64,000 nt of DNA from Magnetovibrionaceae bacterium (lineage in GTDB: Bacteria > Pseudomonadota > Alphaproteobacteria > Rhodospirillales > JBMYSY01). Made by a program: the position numbers and the translations under genes. The stretch is from NCBI GenBank assembly GCA_049603795.1, contig JBMYSY010000011.1, positions 68,687 through 132,686 of the forward strand, read 5' to 3'. Numbering within the stretch: the first letter of the stretch is position 1; each line of letters starts with the position of its first letter. The notes below the pieces were generated by a model. That model was not told where the DNA came from, ran no database searches, and was given only the letters and a program-made list of their open reading frames with translations. Below, in pieces: positions 27,771-37,217 of the stretch.

Positions 27771-28808
27771 TCAGTTGGTGGCGAAACCGCCGGCCATGAG
27801 TACGGATACCTTTCCGGTACCGGTGACCGTGGCCTCGACCGTTTGGCTGGACTGGCTGTTGGCAACCCGGATCACATCGCCCTTGGCACCATGTTCCAAA
27901 GCCTTGCCGGTAGCGGTCAGCCGCATGTTGCCGACGGACAGGACCATGGTGACTTGGGAGCCACGCTTGACCAGTTTCGGCGGCTGCACGTCGGCTGATC
28001 GGACCGGCTGACCTGGACGAAGGGTGCGCCGCGGGCTCATGCCGATCAGGTCTTCCGGATCGGTGATGACCGTATGTTGCAGGCCACTGGTGCGCACCCG
28101 TTGCCATTCGATATCGCGTTTGCGGACGATATCCCGCGCGCTGATCCGCCGCGTCGGGACGGGGATTTCCATGGTCCTGTGCACCTTGCCGGTCAGGCGA
28201 TAGCGCGGGGCCGCGGGGTCCTCGGCAGGGGCGGCGATGGTGGCTTGGAAGCGCTGACTGCGGGGCGAATAGGCAATGTCTTCGACCCGAACGGTGGCCA
28301 TCTGGTCGATGGGCACGAACAGCCGCAGGCGTCGATTGGAGATTTCGACCTCCATATCGGTCTCATAGACATCCGTCGGCAGGGCCGCCAGCAGGCTGGC
28401 TTCGATTTCTTCCATCGGAAGGGCATGGCCGGCGCGTTCGATCGTGACCTTGTCGTGGCGGCTGATGGGACGCCATTCGAGCCGATAGGCCCGGGCCACC
28501 CGGGCCAGCCAGCGGTAGTCATAGTGGACCTGCTTGCCGGGTTCCGGTGCGCGGACCAAAACCCGGTCCGCGTACTGCCCGGCGTTGTCGAAAATATCCG
28601 ACAGGCGGACGACCTTGTCGTTGACGCTGGCAAATTCGCGCAGGACCGGCTTGGCCTCCATCGCGGGGGGAAGCGAAGCGGTCTCCACGCCGATGGCAGG
28701 TGCCGCCCTGGGGGCATCCGGTTGGTCGCCGCCCAGAGCGGGTTCGGCTGCCAGGATCAGCGAGCCCACCAGAAGAGCGCGGATCAAGGGGGACGTGACG
28801 GTGATCAT
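27771..28808 (-). CDS. flgA: P-ring formation chaperone
   Basis: SAF domain and LVKRGSQV...GKALEHGAKGDVIRVAN..S; between flgG and flgH; start set at ATG 28808 (AAGGAG). Confidence 0.9.
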   Translation of the reverse strand: MITVTSPLIRALLVGSLILAAEPALGGDQPDAPRAAPAIGVETASLPPAMEAKPVLREFASVNDKVVRLSDIFDNAGQYADRVLVRAPEPGKQVHYDYRWLARVARAYRLEWRPISRHDKVTIERAGHALPMEEIEASLLAALPTDVYETDMEVEISNRRLRLFVPIDQMATVRVEDIAYSPRSQRFQATIAAPAEDPAAPRYRLTGKVHRTMEIPVPTRRISARDIVRKRDIEWQRVRTSGLQHTVITDPEDLIGMSPRRTLRPGQPVRSADVQPPKLVKRGSQVTMVLSVGNMRLTATGKALEHGAKGDVIRVANSQSSQTVEATVTGTGKVSVLMAGGFATN

Positions 28809-28864
28809 GATCTGCTCCTTTCTTTGTATGTGCGCTGGTTGCGGGGCCTGAGGCCCCAACCTCA

Positions 28865-29650
28865 TCAGCGCAGGTTGCTCACTTGACCCATCATCTCGTC
28901 AGAGGTCTGGATCACCTTTGAGTTCATTTCATAGGCCCGCTGGGCGGAGATCAGGTTGGAGATCTCTTCCACCGCATTCACGTTCGATGTTTCAAGGAAG
29001 CCCTGCAGAAGGGAGCCGTAACCGACGGCTCCAGGGTTGCCCGGAACGGCGGCACCGGAAGCCGGGGTTTCGATGTAGAGGTTATCCCCGATGGCTTCCA
29101 ATCCCGGTTCGTTCTGAAACACGGCCAGCTGAATCTGGCCCAGGTTCTGCAACGCGACCTGGCCGTCGATCTTGGCCAGGACCTGGCCGGAAGAGTTGAT
29201 GGCGACATCGATAGCGTTTGCCGGCACCGTAATGCCCGGCTGCAACACATAGCCGTCGTGGGTCACGATCTGGCCGGTGTTGTCCAACTGGAAGGTTCCG
29301 TCCCGGGTATAGGCGGTCTCGCCCGTCGGCATGGTGATCTGGAACATGCCCTTGCCCTGGATGGCGAGGTCGAAGGTGTTGTCTGTTGCCGTGATGTTGC
29401 CCTGTTCGTGGACCCGGTAGACGGCGTTCAGCTTCACACCCAGACCCAGTTGCACGCCGGTGGGTACGATGTTGCCGGCATCCGAGGAGGTGGAGCCCAC
29501 GCGGCGCAGGTTCTGATAAAGAAGATCGTGGAATTCCGTGCGGCGGCGGACAAAGCCCGTGGTGTTCATGTTGGCCAGGTTGTTGGAGATGACCTCCACA
29601 TTGCGTTGCTGGGCCAGCATACCGGTGGCTGCGATGCTCAAAGCTCTCAT
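28865..29650 (-). CDS. flgG: Flagellar distal rod protein
   Basis: ALSIAATGMLAQQ, NNLANMNTTGF, FHDLLYQ, YTRDGTF, LETSNVNAVEE...QRAYEMNSK. Confidence 0.96.
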   Translation of the reverse strand: MRALSIAATGMLAQQRNVEVISNNLANMNTTGFVRRRTEFHDLLYQNLRRVGSTSSDAGNIVPTGVQLGLGVKLNAVYRVHEQGNITATDNTFDLAIQGKGMFQITMPTGETAYTRDGTFQLDNTGQIVTHDGYVLQPGITVPANAIDVAINSSGQVLAKIDGQVALQNLGQIQLAVFQNEPGLEAIGDNLYIETPASGAAVPGNPGAVGYGSLLQGFLETSNVNAVEEISNLISAQRAYEMNSKVIQTSDEMMGQVSNLR

Positions 29651-29687
29651 GATTCGCGTTCCTTGACTCTGGTTGTTGGCTCAGGCG

Positions 29688-30422
29688 TTAGCTGACTTGG
29701 CTGTATTCACGGATCATCTTTTTGATCCGTTCGTCTTCCTGCTGGATGATCCGACTGGTCCGTTGGTAGGACTTGGACACCTCGATCATCTGGGTCATTT
29801 CGATGATCGGGATGACGTTGGACTGTTCCAGCATGCCTTGTGCAATGCGGGGCTCCTGGGTCGGGACGGGGACCTGTTCGGTTTCGAACATCTGGCCGGA
29901 GATTTTGCGCAACTCGTAAGGATCGTCGAAGGCCACCAGGCGCAGTCGGCCGATTTCGCCGTTGCGGGTGTTCACAATGCCTTCGCCGGTGATGGTGATC
30001 TCGCCGTCGGTGGGGGCGAAGGTGATCGGCGTGCCAGCATCCGTCAGGACCGGATAGCCCTGTTGGGTCACAAGTTGGCCGTCGCGATCGACCGTGAAGT
30101 TGCCGGCCCGCGTGTAGCGTTCGCCCATGGGCGTCTGGACCGCGAAGTAGCCGTCGCCGTCAATGGCGAGGTCGAGGGGGTTTCCGGTCTGCTTGAAAGG
30201 ACCTTCCGTGGTGTCCCGGACAGAAGCCACGTCTCGAACGTAGGCCACCTTGTCCCCGAACACCGTCTCGCCCCCTTTGGAGCGCTCCAGGTGTTCTACG
30301 AACATCATCTTTTCGCCCTTGAAGCCGGTGGTGTTCATGTTCGCGAGATTGTTCGCGATCAAGTCCATCTTGCGGCGGAGGACACCTTGGCGTGAGAGGA
30401 TAACACCGAGTGTGCTTTCCAT
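29688..30422 (-). CDS. flgF: Flagellar proximal rod protein
   Basis: LSRQ..LRRKMDLIANNLANMNTTGFK, TGNPLDLAI, YTRAGNF, LEQSNV. Confidence 0.94.
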   Translation of the reverse strand: MESTLGVILSRQGVLRRKMDLIANNLANMNTTGFKGEKMMFVEHLERSKGGETVFGDKVAYVRDVASVRDTTEGPFKQTGNPLDLAIDGDGYFAVQTPMGERYTRAGNFTVDRDGQLVTQQGYPVLTDAGTPITFAPTDGEITITGEGIVNTRNGEIGRLRLVAFDDPYELRKISGQMFETEQVPVPTQEPRIAQGMLEQSNVIPIIEMTQMIEVSKSYQRTSRIIQQEDERIKKMIREYSQVS

Positions 30423-30511
30423 GGTTCAAATCCCGTTCCTGATCCAGGCCCATTTTTTTAGGCCGTTTTTGGCTTGCCGGACTTTTCGCCCGTGCATTCG
30501 GGAACAAGGAA

Positions 30512-30528
30512 TGCAGAGGTCATGCCAA
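30512..30528 (-). promoter_or_regulatory. Sigma54 promoter of flgFGAH
   Basis: Minus strand TTGGCATGACCTCTGCA = GG-N10-GC; AT-rich IHF-like tract at 30532-30560. Confidence 0.8.
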
Positions 30529-30574
30529 CTGATAAATTCGTTTAAAAACAATTTTTTAAGCGGAATATCCGCTG

Positions 30575-30629
30575 GGCAAGGGCTGCCTGGCGGTCGCCCC
30601 TTGCCGGGTTTTGCCTGGCAGGATTTGCC
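30575..30629. promoter_or_regulatory. Two ftr-like enhancer elements
   Basis: GGCAAGGGCTGCC (30575-30587) and GGCAGGATTTGCC (30617-30629). Confidence 0.6.
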
Positions 30630-30849
30630 GGGCGGGGTTCCGGCGCTGGAGGGGATTTGGCCGGCCATGTTGTGACCGGCGTCAACCAACTGTTAACCAA
30701 ACGGGATTAGTGTTTTACGATATCGTCGCAACGTATGACCATTTCGAGGCGATTCGGGCCGGTAATCGGTTGAAAGTCAGGGGTGTAGAAGCCCTTTTCT
30801 GGAACAGGCGAATTCCCTCTCACTTGTAAGGCAGGACTATCGCTCACCC

Positions 30850-31419
30850 ATGGCCGATGATTTGGATGACGATCTCGACGACGACGTAGGCGACGACGTC
30901 GATGATGACGGCGATTTTGATGATGATGACGAAGAGGGATCGCCGAAAGGCGGAAAAAAGAAACTCTTCATCATCATCGGACTGGCTCTGCTGCTGATCA
31001 TCGGCGGTGCGGGCGCAGCCTACTTTCTTGGGCTGCTCGATCCCGTGGTCGAGATGCTGACCGGAGAGAGTGCGGCGGGCGACGAAGAAGGCGAAGAAGG
31101 TGAACTGGTGGGTGATGCCGTGTTCTTCGACCTGCCTGAATTGCTGGTGAACCTGAACACGGGCGGGCGCAAATCGACTTTCTTGAAGATCCGGGTGGCT
31201 TTGGAATTGGAAAAGCAAGAAGACATTCTGAGGGTCGAGGCCCTGATGCCCAGGGTGATCGACAATTTTCAGGTATACTTGCGCGAATTGCGCGTTGAGG
31301 ATCTGAAAGGATCTGCCGGTATGTATCGATTGCGAGAGGAATTGTTGGCCCGCGTGGCAGCGGCAGCCGCCCCTATACCGGTCAATGATGTTCTGTTCAA
31401 AGAGATGTTGATTCAATGA
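30850..31419 (+). CDS. fliL: Flagellar basal body protein FliL
   Basis: KKKLFIII TM segment, FFDLPELLVNL, PRVIDNFQVYLRELR..DL.GSAG..RLREELL. Confidence 0.94.
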   Translation: MADDLDDDLDDDVGDDVDDDGDFDDDDEEGSPKGGKKKLFIIIGLALLLIIGGAGAAYFLGLLDPVVEMLTGESAAGDEEGEEGELVGDAVFFDLPELLVNLNTGGRKSTFLKIRVALELEKQEDILRVEALMPRVIDNFQVYLRELRVEDLKGSAGMYRLREELLARVAAAAAPIPVNDVLFKEMLIQ

Positions 31420-32564
31420 CCCCGGGTGATGAAGAAGACCAGGACGCCCTTGCCGCCGAATGGGAAGCCGCCATGGGCGGCGGCGGCGATGAAGATGACG
31501 ACGACGACCAGGACGATCTAGCCGCCGAATGGGAAGCCATGATGAGCGCCGACGGGGGCGAAGGCGCCGATGGCGGTGCCACCTCCACAGGCCGTGAGTC
31601 CACCCGTGTCCTGAACCAGGACGAAATCGATAGCCTGCTGGGCTTTGACGAAGATCACGAGGACGGCGACGGTCGGTCGGGCATCCAGGCGATCCTGAAC
31701 TCCGCCCTGGTTTCCTACGAACGTCTCCCCATGCTGGAGGTGGTGTTTGACCGTCTGGTCCGCCTGATGTCCACCTCGCTGCGGAACTTCACATCCGACA
31801 ACGTCGAGGTATCGCTCGATAACATTGCGTCCATCCGCTTCGGGGACTACCTGAACTCCATCCCGCTGCCCGCCATGCTTGGCGTGTTCAAGGCGGAGGA
31901 ATGGGACAACTTCGGCCTGATGACGGTCGACAGTTCCTTGATCTATTCCATCGTGGATGTGCTGCTGGGCGGTCGTCGCGGTACGGCGGCGATGCGGATC
32001 GAGGGCCGACCCTATACCACCATCGAACGCAGTCTTGTTGAGCGGATGGTGCACGTCATGCTCCAAGACCTCTCTGCGGCGTTTGAGCCCTTGAGCCCGG
32101 TCACTTTCCGGTTTGACCGGCTGGAGACAAACCCCCGCTTCGCCACCATCTCGCGGCCCAGCAACGCCGCCATCGTGGCGCGGCTTCGGATCGATATGGA
32201 AGATCGCGGCGGACGGCTGGAACTGCTGCTGCCCTATGCGACACTGGAACCCGTGCGTGAGCTGCTTTTGCAGATGTTCATGGGTGAAAAGTTCGGTCGG
32301 GACTCCATCTGGGAGACCCACCTGGCAGAAGAACTCTGGCTGACCGATGTCTCCATGGAGGCGGTGCTGGAGCAGCAGACCATGCGGCTCCGCAAAATCT
32401 TCGATCTGCAGGTCGGATCACAAATCATGTTGAACGCGACCCCGGATTCCAAGGTGGAACTGCACTGCGGCGACATTCCGTTGTATAGTGGTTCCATGGG
32501 GCGGCACGGGGACCGTATCGCGATCAAAGTTGAAAACCGGATCATGAAACAACAGAAGGTCTGA
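31416..32564 (+). CDS. fliM: Flagellar motor switch protein FliM
   Basis: RVLNQDEIDSLL CheY-binding peptide, ERLPMLEVVFDRL, C-terminal SpoA domain. Confidence 0.96.
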   Translation: MTPGDEEDQDALAAEWEAAMGGGGDEDDDDDQDDLAAEWEAMMSADGGEGADGGATSTGRESTRVLNQDEIDSLLGFDEDHEDGDGRSGIQAILNSALVSYERLPMLEVVFDRLVRLMSTSLRNFTSDNVEVSLDNIASIRFGDYLNSIPLPAMLGVFKAEEWDNFGLMTVDSSLIYSIVDVLLGGRRGTAAMRIEGRPYTTIERSLVERMVHVMLQDLSAAFEPLSPVTFRFDRLETNPRFATISRPSNAAIVARLRIDMEDRGGRLELLLPYATLEPVRELLLQMFMGEKFGRDSIWETHLAEELWLTDVSMEAVLEQQTMRLRKIFDLQVGSQIMLNATPDSKVELHCGDIPLYSGSMGRHGDRIAIKVENRIMKQQKV

Positions 32565-32567
32565 GCC

Positions 32568-33173
32568 ATGGATTTCGCACTGTTGCTCGATATCACAGTC
32601 GCCTTCTTGCTTGTGGTCACGATCGGCTATGCCTTCGTCCTGAACCAGAAGCTCACGGCCATCCGACGGGACCGGGCGGAGCTTGAATCGGTTGCGGCCA
32701 GTTTCGCCCAGGCGACCCTCAGGGCCGAAGAAAGCATCCGTAAACTGAAGATGTCGGCAGATGGTCTTCAGGGGCAGATCGATAAATCCGATTCTCTTCG
32801 CGAAGACCTGGCTTTCCTGGTGCAGCGGGGAGGGCAGGCCGCCGACCGTCTGGAGGAATTGGTGCGCGACGCACGTGCGGTGGAGCCCAGCACGGCGCGC
32901 CCCGCCCAGGCCGCGCCCGAGCCCATGGCCGGACAGCAACAGCCTCAGCCACAAGCCAGAGCCCAGGCCACGGCCGCTCCGAAGCCCGCCCCTGCACCTG
33001 CTCCGGCACCACAGGCAAAACCGGCGGCTCCTCGGCCCCTCTCGGCGGAGCCCCGCGGCATGCCGGCCCAGGACCCGGTCGAGCCAGCCCCGCCGCCACA
33101 GAAGCCGGGTCAGACCGAACCGCAATCGGAAGCGGAGCGCGAATTGCTGAAGGCCCTGCAGTCGGTCCGGTAA
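32568..33173 (+). CDS. Membrane-anchored coiled-coil protein (DUF6468-like) of the fliLM operon
   Basis: N-terminal TM, coiled coil, Pro/Ala-rich linker, SEAERELLKAL tail; typical position after fliM. Confidence 0.65.
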   Translation: MDFALLLDITVAFLLVVTIGYAFVLNQKLTAIRRDRAELESVAASFAQATLRAEESIRKLKMSADGLQGQIDKSDSLREDLAFLVQRGGQAADRLEELVRDARAVEPSTARPAQAAPEPMAGQQQPQPQARAQATAAPKPAPAPAPAPQAKPAAPRPLSAEPRGMPAQDPVEPAPPPQKPGQTEPQSEAERELLKALQSVR

Positions 33174-33211
33174 GGATCACGCAAGCTGGGTCAGGCAGGA
33201 TAGCGCCTTAA

Positions 33212-33245
33212 CGTGAAGACCGCCGTAGCGTGAAGACCGCCGTAT
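33212..33245. repeat. 17-bp tandem duplication
   Basis: CGTGAAGACCGCCGTAG followed by CGTGAAGACCGCCGTAT. Confidence 0.9.
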
Positions 33246-33291
33246 CAGGGGATCAGAGATTCCTTGCAAGAAGACTGGGAGGAAAAGCGTC

Positions 33292-34035
33292 ATGATGGAA
33301 TTCTTGGGCAAGATCCGGTTTTTGCCGGTGACCATCTTCGCGGCCTCTTTGATGCTGACGTTCAAGATCGGTTCCATTTGGCAAGACATGGATGGCATGG
33401 ACCGCGAACCGGCGATTTCCGTCGCCGAGGTCCAGGCCCAGGAAGCCACACCAGCTGCCGAGCCCACGCCCGCAGACGCGCCCGCGGGAGGCCAGGCGGA
33501 TGCGGCCACCGATCCGGGTGCACAGGACGCAGGCATCGACGAAGCGGCTCCGGAACGTGATCCGAACATTACGGCCCTCGACGATCCGACCCTGCTGACC
33601 CAGGCGGAAATCGACCTGTTGCAGCAACTCGCCGAACGCCGTGAAGAACTGGATCAGCGCGAGCGCGAGCTGTCCATGAGGACCGAACTGCTGCGTGCCG
33701 CCGAAGCCCGGATCGACGACAAGGTCTCCGAACTGCGGCTGTTGGAACAAACCATTCAGGAACTGGTCCAGACCTACGACGATCAGCAACAGCAGCGTCT
33801 CGACAGCCTTGTGAAGATCTACGAGAACATGAAGCCCAAGGATGCCGCGAAGATCTTTCAGGAGCTGGAGATGGTCACTCTTCTCGATGTGGTCGAGCGG
33901 ATGAAAGAGCGCAAACTGGCACCGATCATGGCCAACATGGATCCGGTTCGGGCGACCGAAATCACCGTTGAGCTTCGCCGGCTTCGCGAGATCCCGGCCG
34001 CCGGAACGGAAGACCCGCTGGGCCGCGGCGGCTGA
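33292..34035 (+). CDS. motE: MotE family flagellar motility protein
   Basis: RFLPVTIF anchor, coiled coil, LVKIYENMKPKDAAKIF...MKERKLAPIMANMDP (MgtE_N-like). Confidence 0.8.
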   Translation: MMEFLGKIRFLPVTIFAASLMLTFKIGSIWQDMDGMDREPAISVAEVQAQEATPAAEPTPADAPAGGQADAATDPGAQDAGIDEAAPERDPNITALDDPTLLTQAEIDLLQQLAERREELDQRERELSMRTELLRAAEARIDDKVSELRLLEQTIQELVQTYDDQQQQRLDSLVKIYENMKPKDAAKIFQELEMVTLLDVVERMKERKLAPIMANMDPVRATEITVELRRLREIPAAGTEDPLGRGG

Positions 34036-34166
34036 CCTTTTTTGCCGGATGACCGGCACCTCTCAAGCCTTGAGCGCGATTGGCTTAAGTCGAGCCACTT
34101 TGTGGCTCGGTATAAGGCCTGAATCGCCCTCTAAAACGTTGATAGAGACTGATTCACGCAGAAGTG

Positions 34167-34196
34167 CGGATCACCATCGGTGATCCGGCTTTCTTC
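34167..34196 (+). terminator. Possible terminator hairpin after motE
   Basis: CGGATCACC-atc-GGTGATCCG followed by GCTTTCTTC. Confidence 0.4.
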
Positions 34197-34380
34197 GATC
34201 AGGATCTAGCCGATTGGTTAGTGGGCCGGATTTCGTGTTGCAGTGGCCAAATCCTTGATTTATCACCATACCAGGGCGTTTCTTCATGAGGGGTCGGAGT
34301 CGCGAGAGATTCAGATTCACTTATGAGACGCAATCGTGGGATCTAAAAACACACCGAATAGCCGGGAGATGGGGTTTTAA

Positions 34381-34767
34381 ATGGCTGTCGATATGAACAT
34401 GAATGTCCTGATCGTGGATGACTACAAGACCATGCTCAGGATCATCCGCAACCTTCTGCGCCAGTTGGGTTTTGCCAACATCGAAGAGGCGACGGATGGC
34501 TCGATGGCGCTCCAGAAGCTGCGTCAGACCAATTTCGGCCTCGTGATCTCGGACTGGAACATGGAGCCCATGACTGGCATCCAGTTGCTTCGCGAAGTGC
34601 GTGCGGATGCCAAGCTCAAGCATTTGCCCTTTGTGATGATCACCGCTGAATCCAAATCGGAAAACGTGATCGCAGCCAAGGAAGCCGGCGTCTCGAACTA
34701 CATTGTGAAGCCATTCAACGCTGAGACCTTGAAGTCCAAACTCGTCACCGTTCTGGGTGACTTCTAA
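34381..34767 (+). CDS. cheY: Chemotaxis response regulator CheY
   Basis: LIVDD, ISDWNMEPMTG, MITAE, YIVKPF; single receiver domain next to cheZ. Confidence 0.93.
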   Translation: MAVDMNMNVLIVDDYKTMLRIIRNLLRQLGFANIEEATDGSMALQKLRQTNFGLVISDWNMEPMTGIQLLREVRADAKLKHLPFVMITAESKSENVIAAKEAGVSNYIVKPFNAETLKSKLVTVLGDF

Positions 34768-34780
34768 GAGGAGCCCTCCT

Positions 34781-35452
34781 GTGCCCGTGGGCAAGGTAGA
34801 CAGCGCGATCCGTGACAGGCTGGACGACCTCCGGCGGAACCCCGAAACCCAGGTTCCCCTCGCCGATGTCGAGGAAGTGGTCAGTGCGATCATGGGGACG
34901 GCCACGGGCGACATCTCCGCTTCAGACCTCCAGCTCTATGGGGAGCTGGAGGAACTGGCGACCTATATCGAGCACGCAAAGGGTGAAATCGCGGCGCTTC
35001 GCCCTGACGAGGTGAAAGACACCTTCCTGCCTTCCGCTACCGACGAGTTGGATGCGATCGTCGAGGCGACGGCGGAAGCTACCTTCTCGATCATGGATGC
35101 GACGGAAGTGCTGGAGGACATGATGGGCGAGGTAACGCCCGAACAGTCCGAAAAGCTGATGGAAGTCACCACCAAAATTTACGAGGCCTGTGGCTTTCAG
35201 GACATCACCGGGCAGCGGATCAGCAAGGTGGTCAAAACCCTTCAGCACATCGAAGAAAAGGTCGATGCCCTGGTCGATGCCTTCGGCGAGGAAATCGAGA
35301 AGTACAAGGCCGCGCGCCCCGAGCAGGAAGAGCCGGTGGTCGAGGCGGCAGAGCAAAAACCGAGCGATGAAGACCTGTTGGCCGGCCCGCAATTGACCCA
35401 CGAAGCGAATACCCAAGCCGAGATCGACGCCTTGCTAGCGAGTTTCGACTAA
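34781..35452 (+). CDS. cheZ: CheZ-like phosphatase
   Basis: DELDAIVEATAEAT..IMD, IYEACGFQDITGQRISKVV, C-terminal LLAGPQ...QAEIDALLASFD; GTG start after GAGGAG. Confidence 0.88.
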   Translation: MPVGKVDSAIRDRLDDLRRNPETQVPLADVEEVVSAIMGTATGDISASDLQLYGELEELATYIEHAKGEIAALRPDEVKDTFLPSATDELDAIVEATAEATFSIMDATEVLEDMMGEVTPEQSEKLMEVTTKIYEACGFQDITGQRISKVVKTLQHIEEKVDALVDAFGEEIEKYKAARPEQEEPVVEAAEQKPSDEDLLAGPQLTHEANTQAEIDALLASFD

Positions 35453-35533
35453 CCGTCCGGGCTTGAGAGGGCACGAGCGCAGATCTTCTGAGCAAACGTC
35501 TCCTGAGCAAAGGTTTGGCGCAGGAAAAGGCCC

Positions 35534-36391
35534 ATGGCGGAAGGCTACGATCCCAACTTCTCCGACGACCCGAGCCAAGCCGTCACCGCAGGCGCGGGGG
35601 GGCATGCGTCGGATGGCGACGGCACCATCGCGCTTTTCCTGGCACTCTACCTTGTTGTCCTGGCCTTTTTCATCCTTCTGGTCACCATCTCCTCGCTGGA
35701 GGAAACCCGTTCGGAGGCTGTGATGGACAGCCTGACGTCTACCTTCACAACCATTTTGCCGCCGGCGACGGAACTGCAGGATTTTGCCTCCCGCGACGGA
35801 GACGTGATCGCCGCCCAGGAATTTCAGCAGGACGTCACGAACCTGTTCACAACTACAATCCGCGTGGCCAAGGTCGACGTCATTCAGCCTGGCCGCCTGA
35901 TGCGGGTGAGCTTTCCGACGTCGGTGTTGTTCGCGGAAAACGAGGCCCGCCTGCGACCCGGACAGGTGGGGCTGGTGGACCGGCTGGTGTCGACGCTTTC
36001 GGGCCGGGCCGCAGGGCTGCGCCATGATCTGGAGTTCGTCGTTGGCAGTCGCTATACCACGGGGGTGAACCTTCCCGTGGGCCAGACCCTGCAAATGGCC
36101 CGTGCCGGAGAATTCGCGCGTTCGATCCTGGCTCGCGGGGCCCCACCTGATTCAATCTCCATTGGACTGAAGCCGGGTGCCGAAGACCAGATCACCCTTT
36201 GGTTCTTTATCCGTACGGTCGAAGAAACCCGTGAGCGCTTTGAGGAAGCCCTGGAACAACGGGCGGAAAAGCTGCGCCAGCGTGAAGCCGAACCGGCGGC
36301 ACCTCAACCCCGCCTGGTCCCGCAACAGCCCAGCCGAGGCGGCTCCGGGACGACCTTGACCTTGCCGCTTCCCGGGGTTCAGGGGCAATGA
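35534..36391 (+). CDS. MotB-like membrane protein lacking the canonical TM Asp
   Basis: TM LFLALYLVVLAFFILLVTIS plus degenerate OmpA-like domain; overlaps motB start. Confidence 0.7.
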   Translation: MAEGYDPNFSDDPSQAVTAGAGGHASDGDGTIALFLALYLVVLAFFILLVTISSLEETRSEAVMDSLTSTFTTILPPATELQDFASRDGDVIAAQEFQQDVTNLFTTTIRVAKVDVIQPGRLMRVSFPTSVLFAENEARLRPGQVGLVDRLVSTLSGRAAGLRHDLEFVVGSRYTTGVNLPVGQTLQMARAGEFARSILARGAPPDSISIGLKPGAEDQITLWFFIRTVEETRERFEEALEQRAEKLRQREAEPAAPQPRLVPQQPSRGGSGTTLTLPLPGVQGQ

Positions 36392-37215
36392 GCACCGAAG
36401 GAGACGGCCTGACCCCGAACCCGGCCGCCGGCAATGACGCGGACTTTGCGGTCGATGGCGAGGTGGATTTTCGCCCCGATGCGGGCAGCCGCAAAACCTT
36501 CGATCCGGAAGATCTGGATCCCCATGCCAAGGGAACGGCCGGTCAAAGTCGGGCCTGGATGATCACTTTCACCGATCTTGTTTCCTTAATGCTAACCTTC
36601 TTCGTGTTGTTGTTTTCCATGTCGCACCTCAAAATCGACCAGTGGGAAACCATGATCGATTCGCTGAGCCAGACCTTGAATCCAACGGACGTCGACGAGC
36701 GCAAGCCGCTATCGACCGAGCTGAACATCGGCTCGATTTTCCGTAAAAGCGCCATAAATCTGGATTATCTGGTGAGTGTGCTCGGCGAAGCGATGGACGA
36801 AGACCCGCTGTTGCGCGAGAGCCTGCTGTTGCGCATGGATGACCGGCTCCTGATCGCGCTTCCGGGGGACCTGTTGTTCCAGCCGGGGCAGGCGATTTTA
36901 AATGAACGGGCGCGCCAGGCAATTTTTAATCTGGGTGGTGTTTTGCGCAATATCGGCAACCAGATCGGTGTGAATGGCCATACGGACCCGATCCCGCCGG
37001 GTGCCGGTCCCTTCGCGTCCAACTGGGAACTCTCGGTCAGCCGGGCGGCGGCCGTGGCCAATGCGCTTCGCACATCCGGTTATGGCGAGGAAATCACGGC
37101 CTTCGGCTATGCGGCCAGCCGGTTCGACTTGTTGCCTGATCTGCCCCCGGTCGAGCGCCGGGCCATGGCGCGGCGGGTGGATGTCGTGGTCTTTCCGGAT
37201 GTGGGGGACCTCTGA
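36388..37215 (+). CDS. motB: Flagellar stator protein MotB
   Basis: WMITFTDLVSLMLTFFVLL, GHTD, SNWELSVSRAAAVA, RRVDVV. Confidence 0.92.
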   Translation: MSTEGDGLTPNPAAGNDADFAVDGEVDFRPDAGSRKTFDPEDLDPHAKGTAGQSRAWMITFTDLVSLMLTFFVLLFSMSHLKIDQWETMIDSLSQTLNPTDVDERKPLSTELNIGSIFRKSAINLDYLVSVLGEAMDEDPLLRESLLLRMDDRLLIALPGDLLFQPGQAILNERARQAIFNLGGVLRNIGNQIGVNGHTDPIPPGAGPFASNWELSVSRAAAVANALRTSGYGEEITAFGYAASRFDLLPDLPPVERRAMARRVDVVVFPDVGDL

Positions 37216-37217
37216 GC

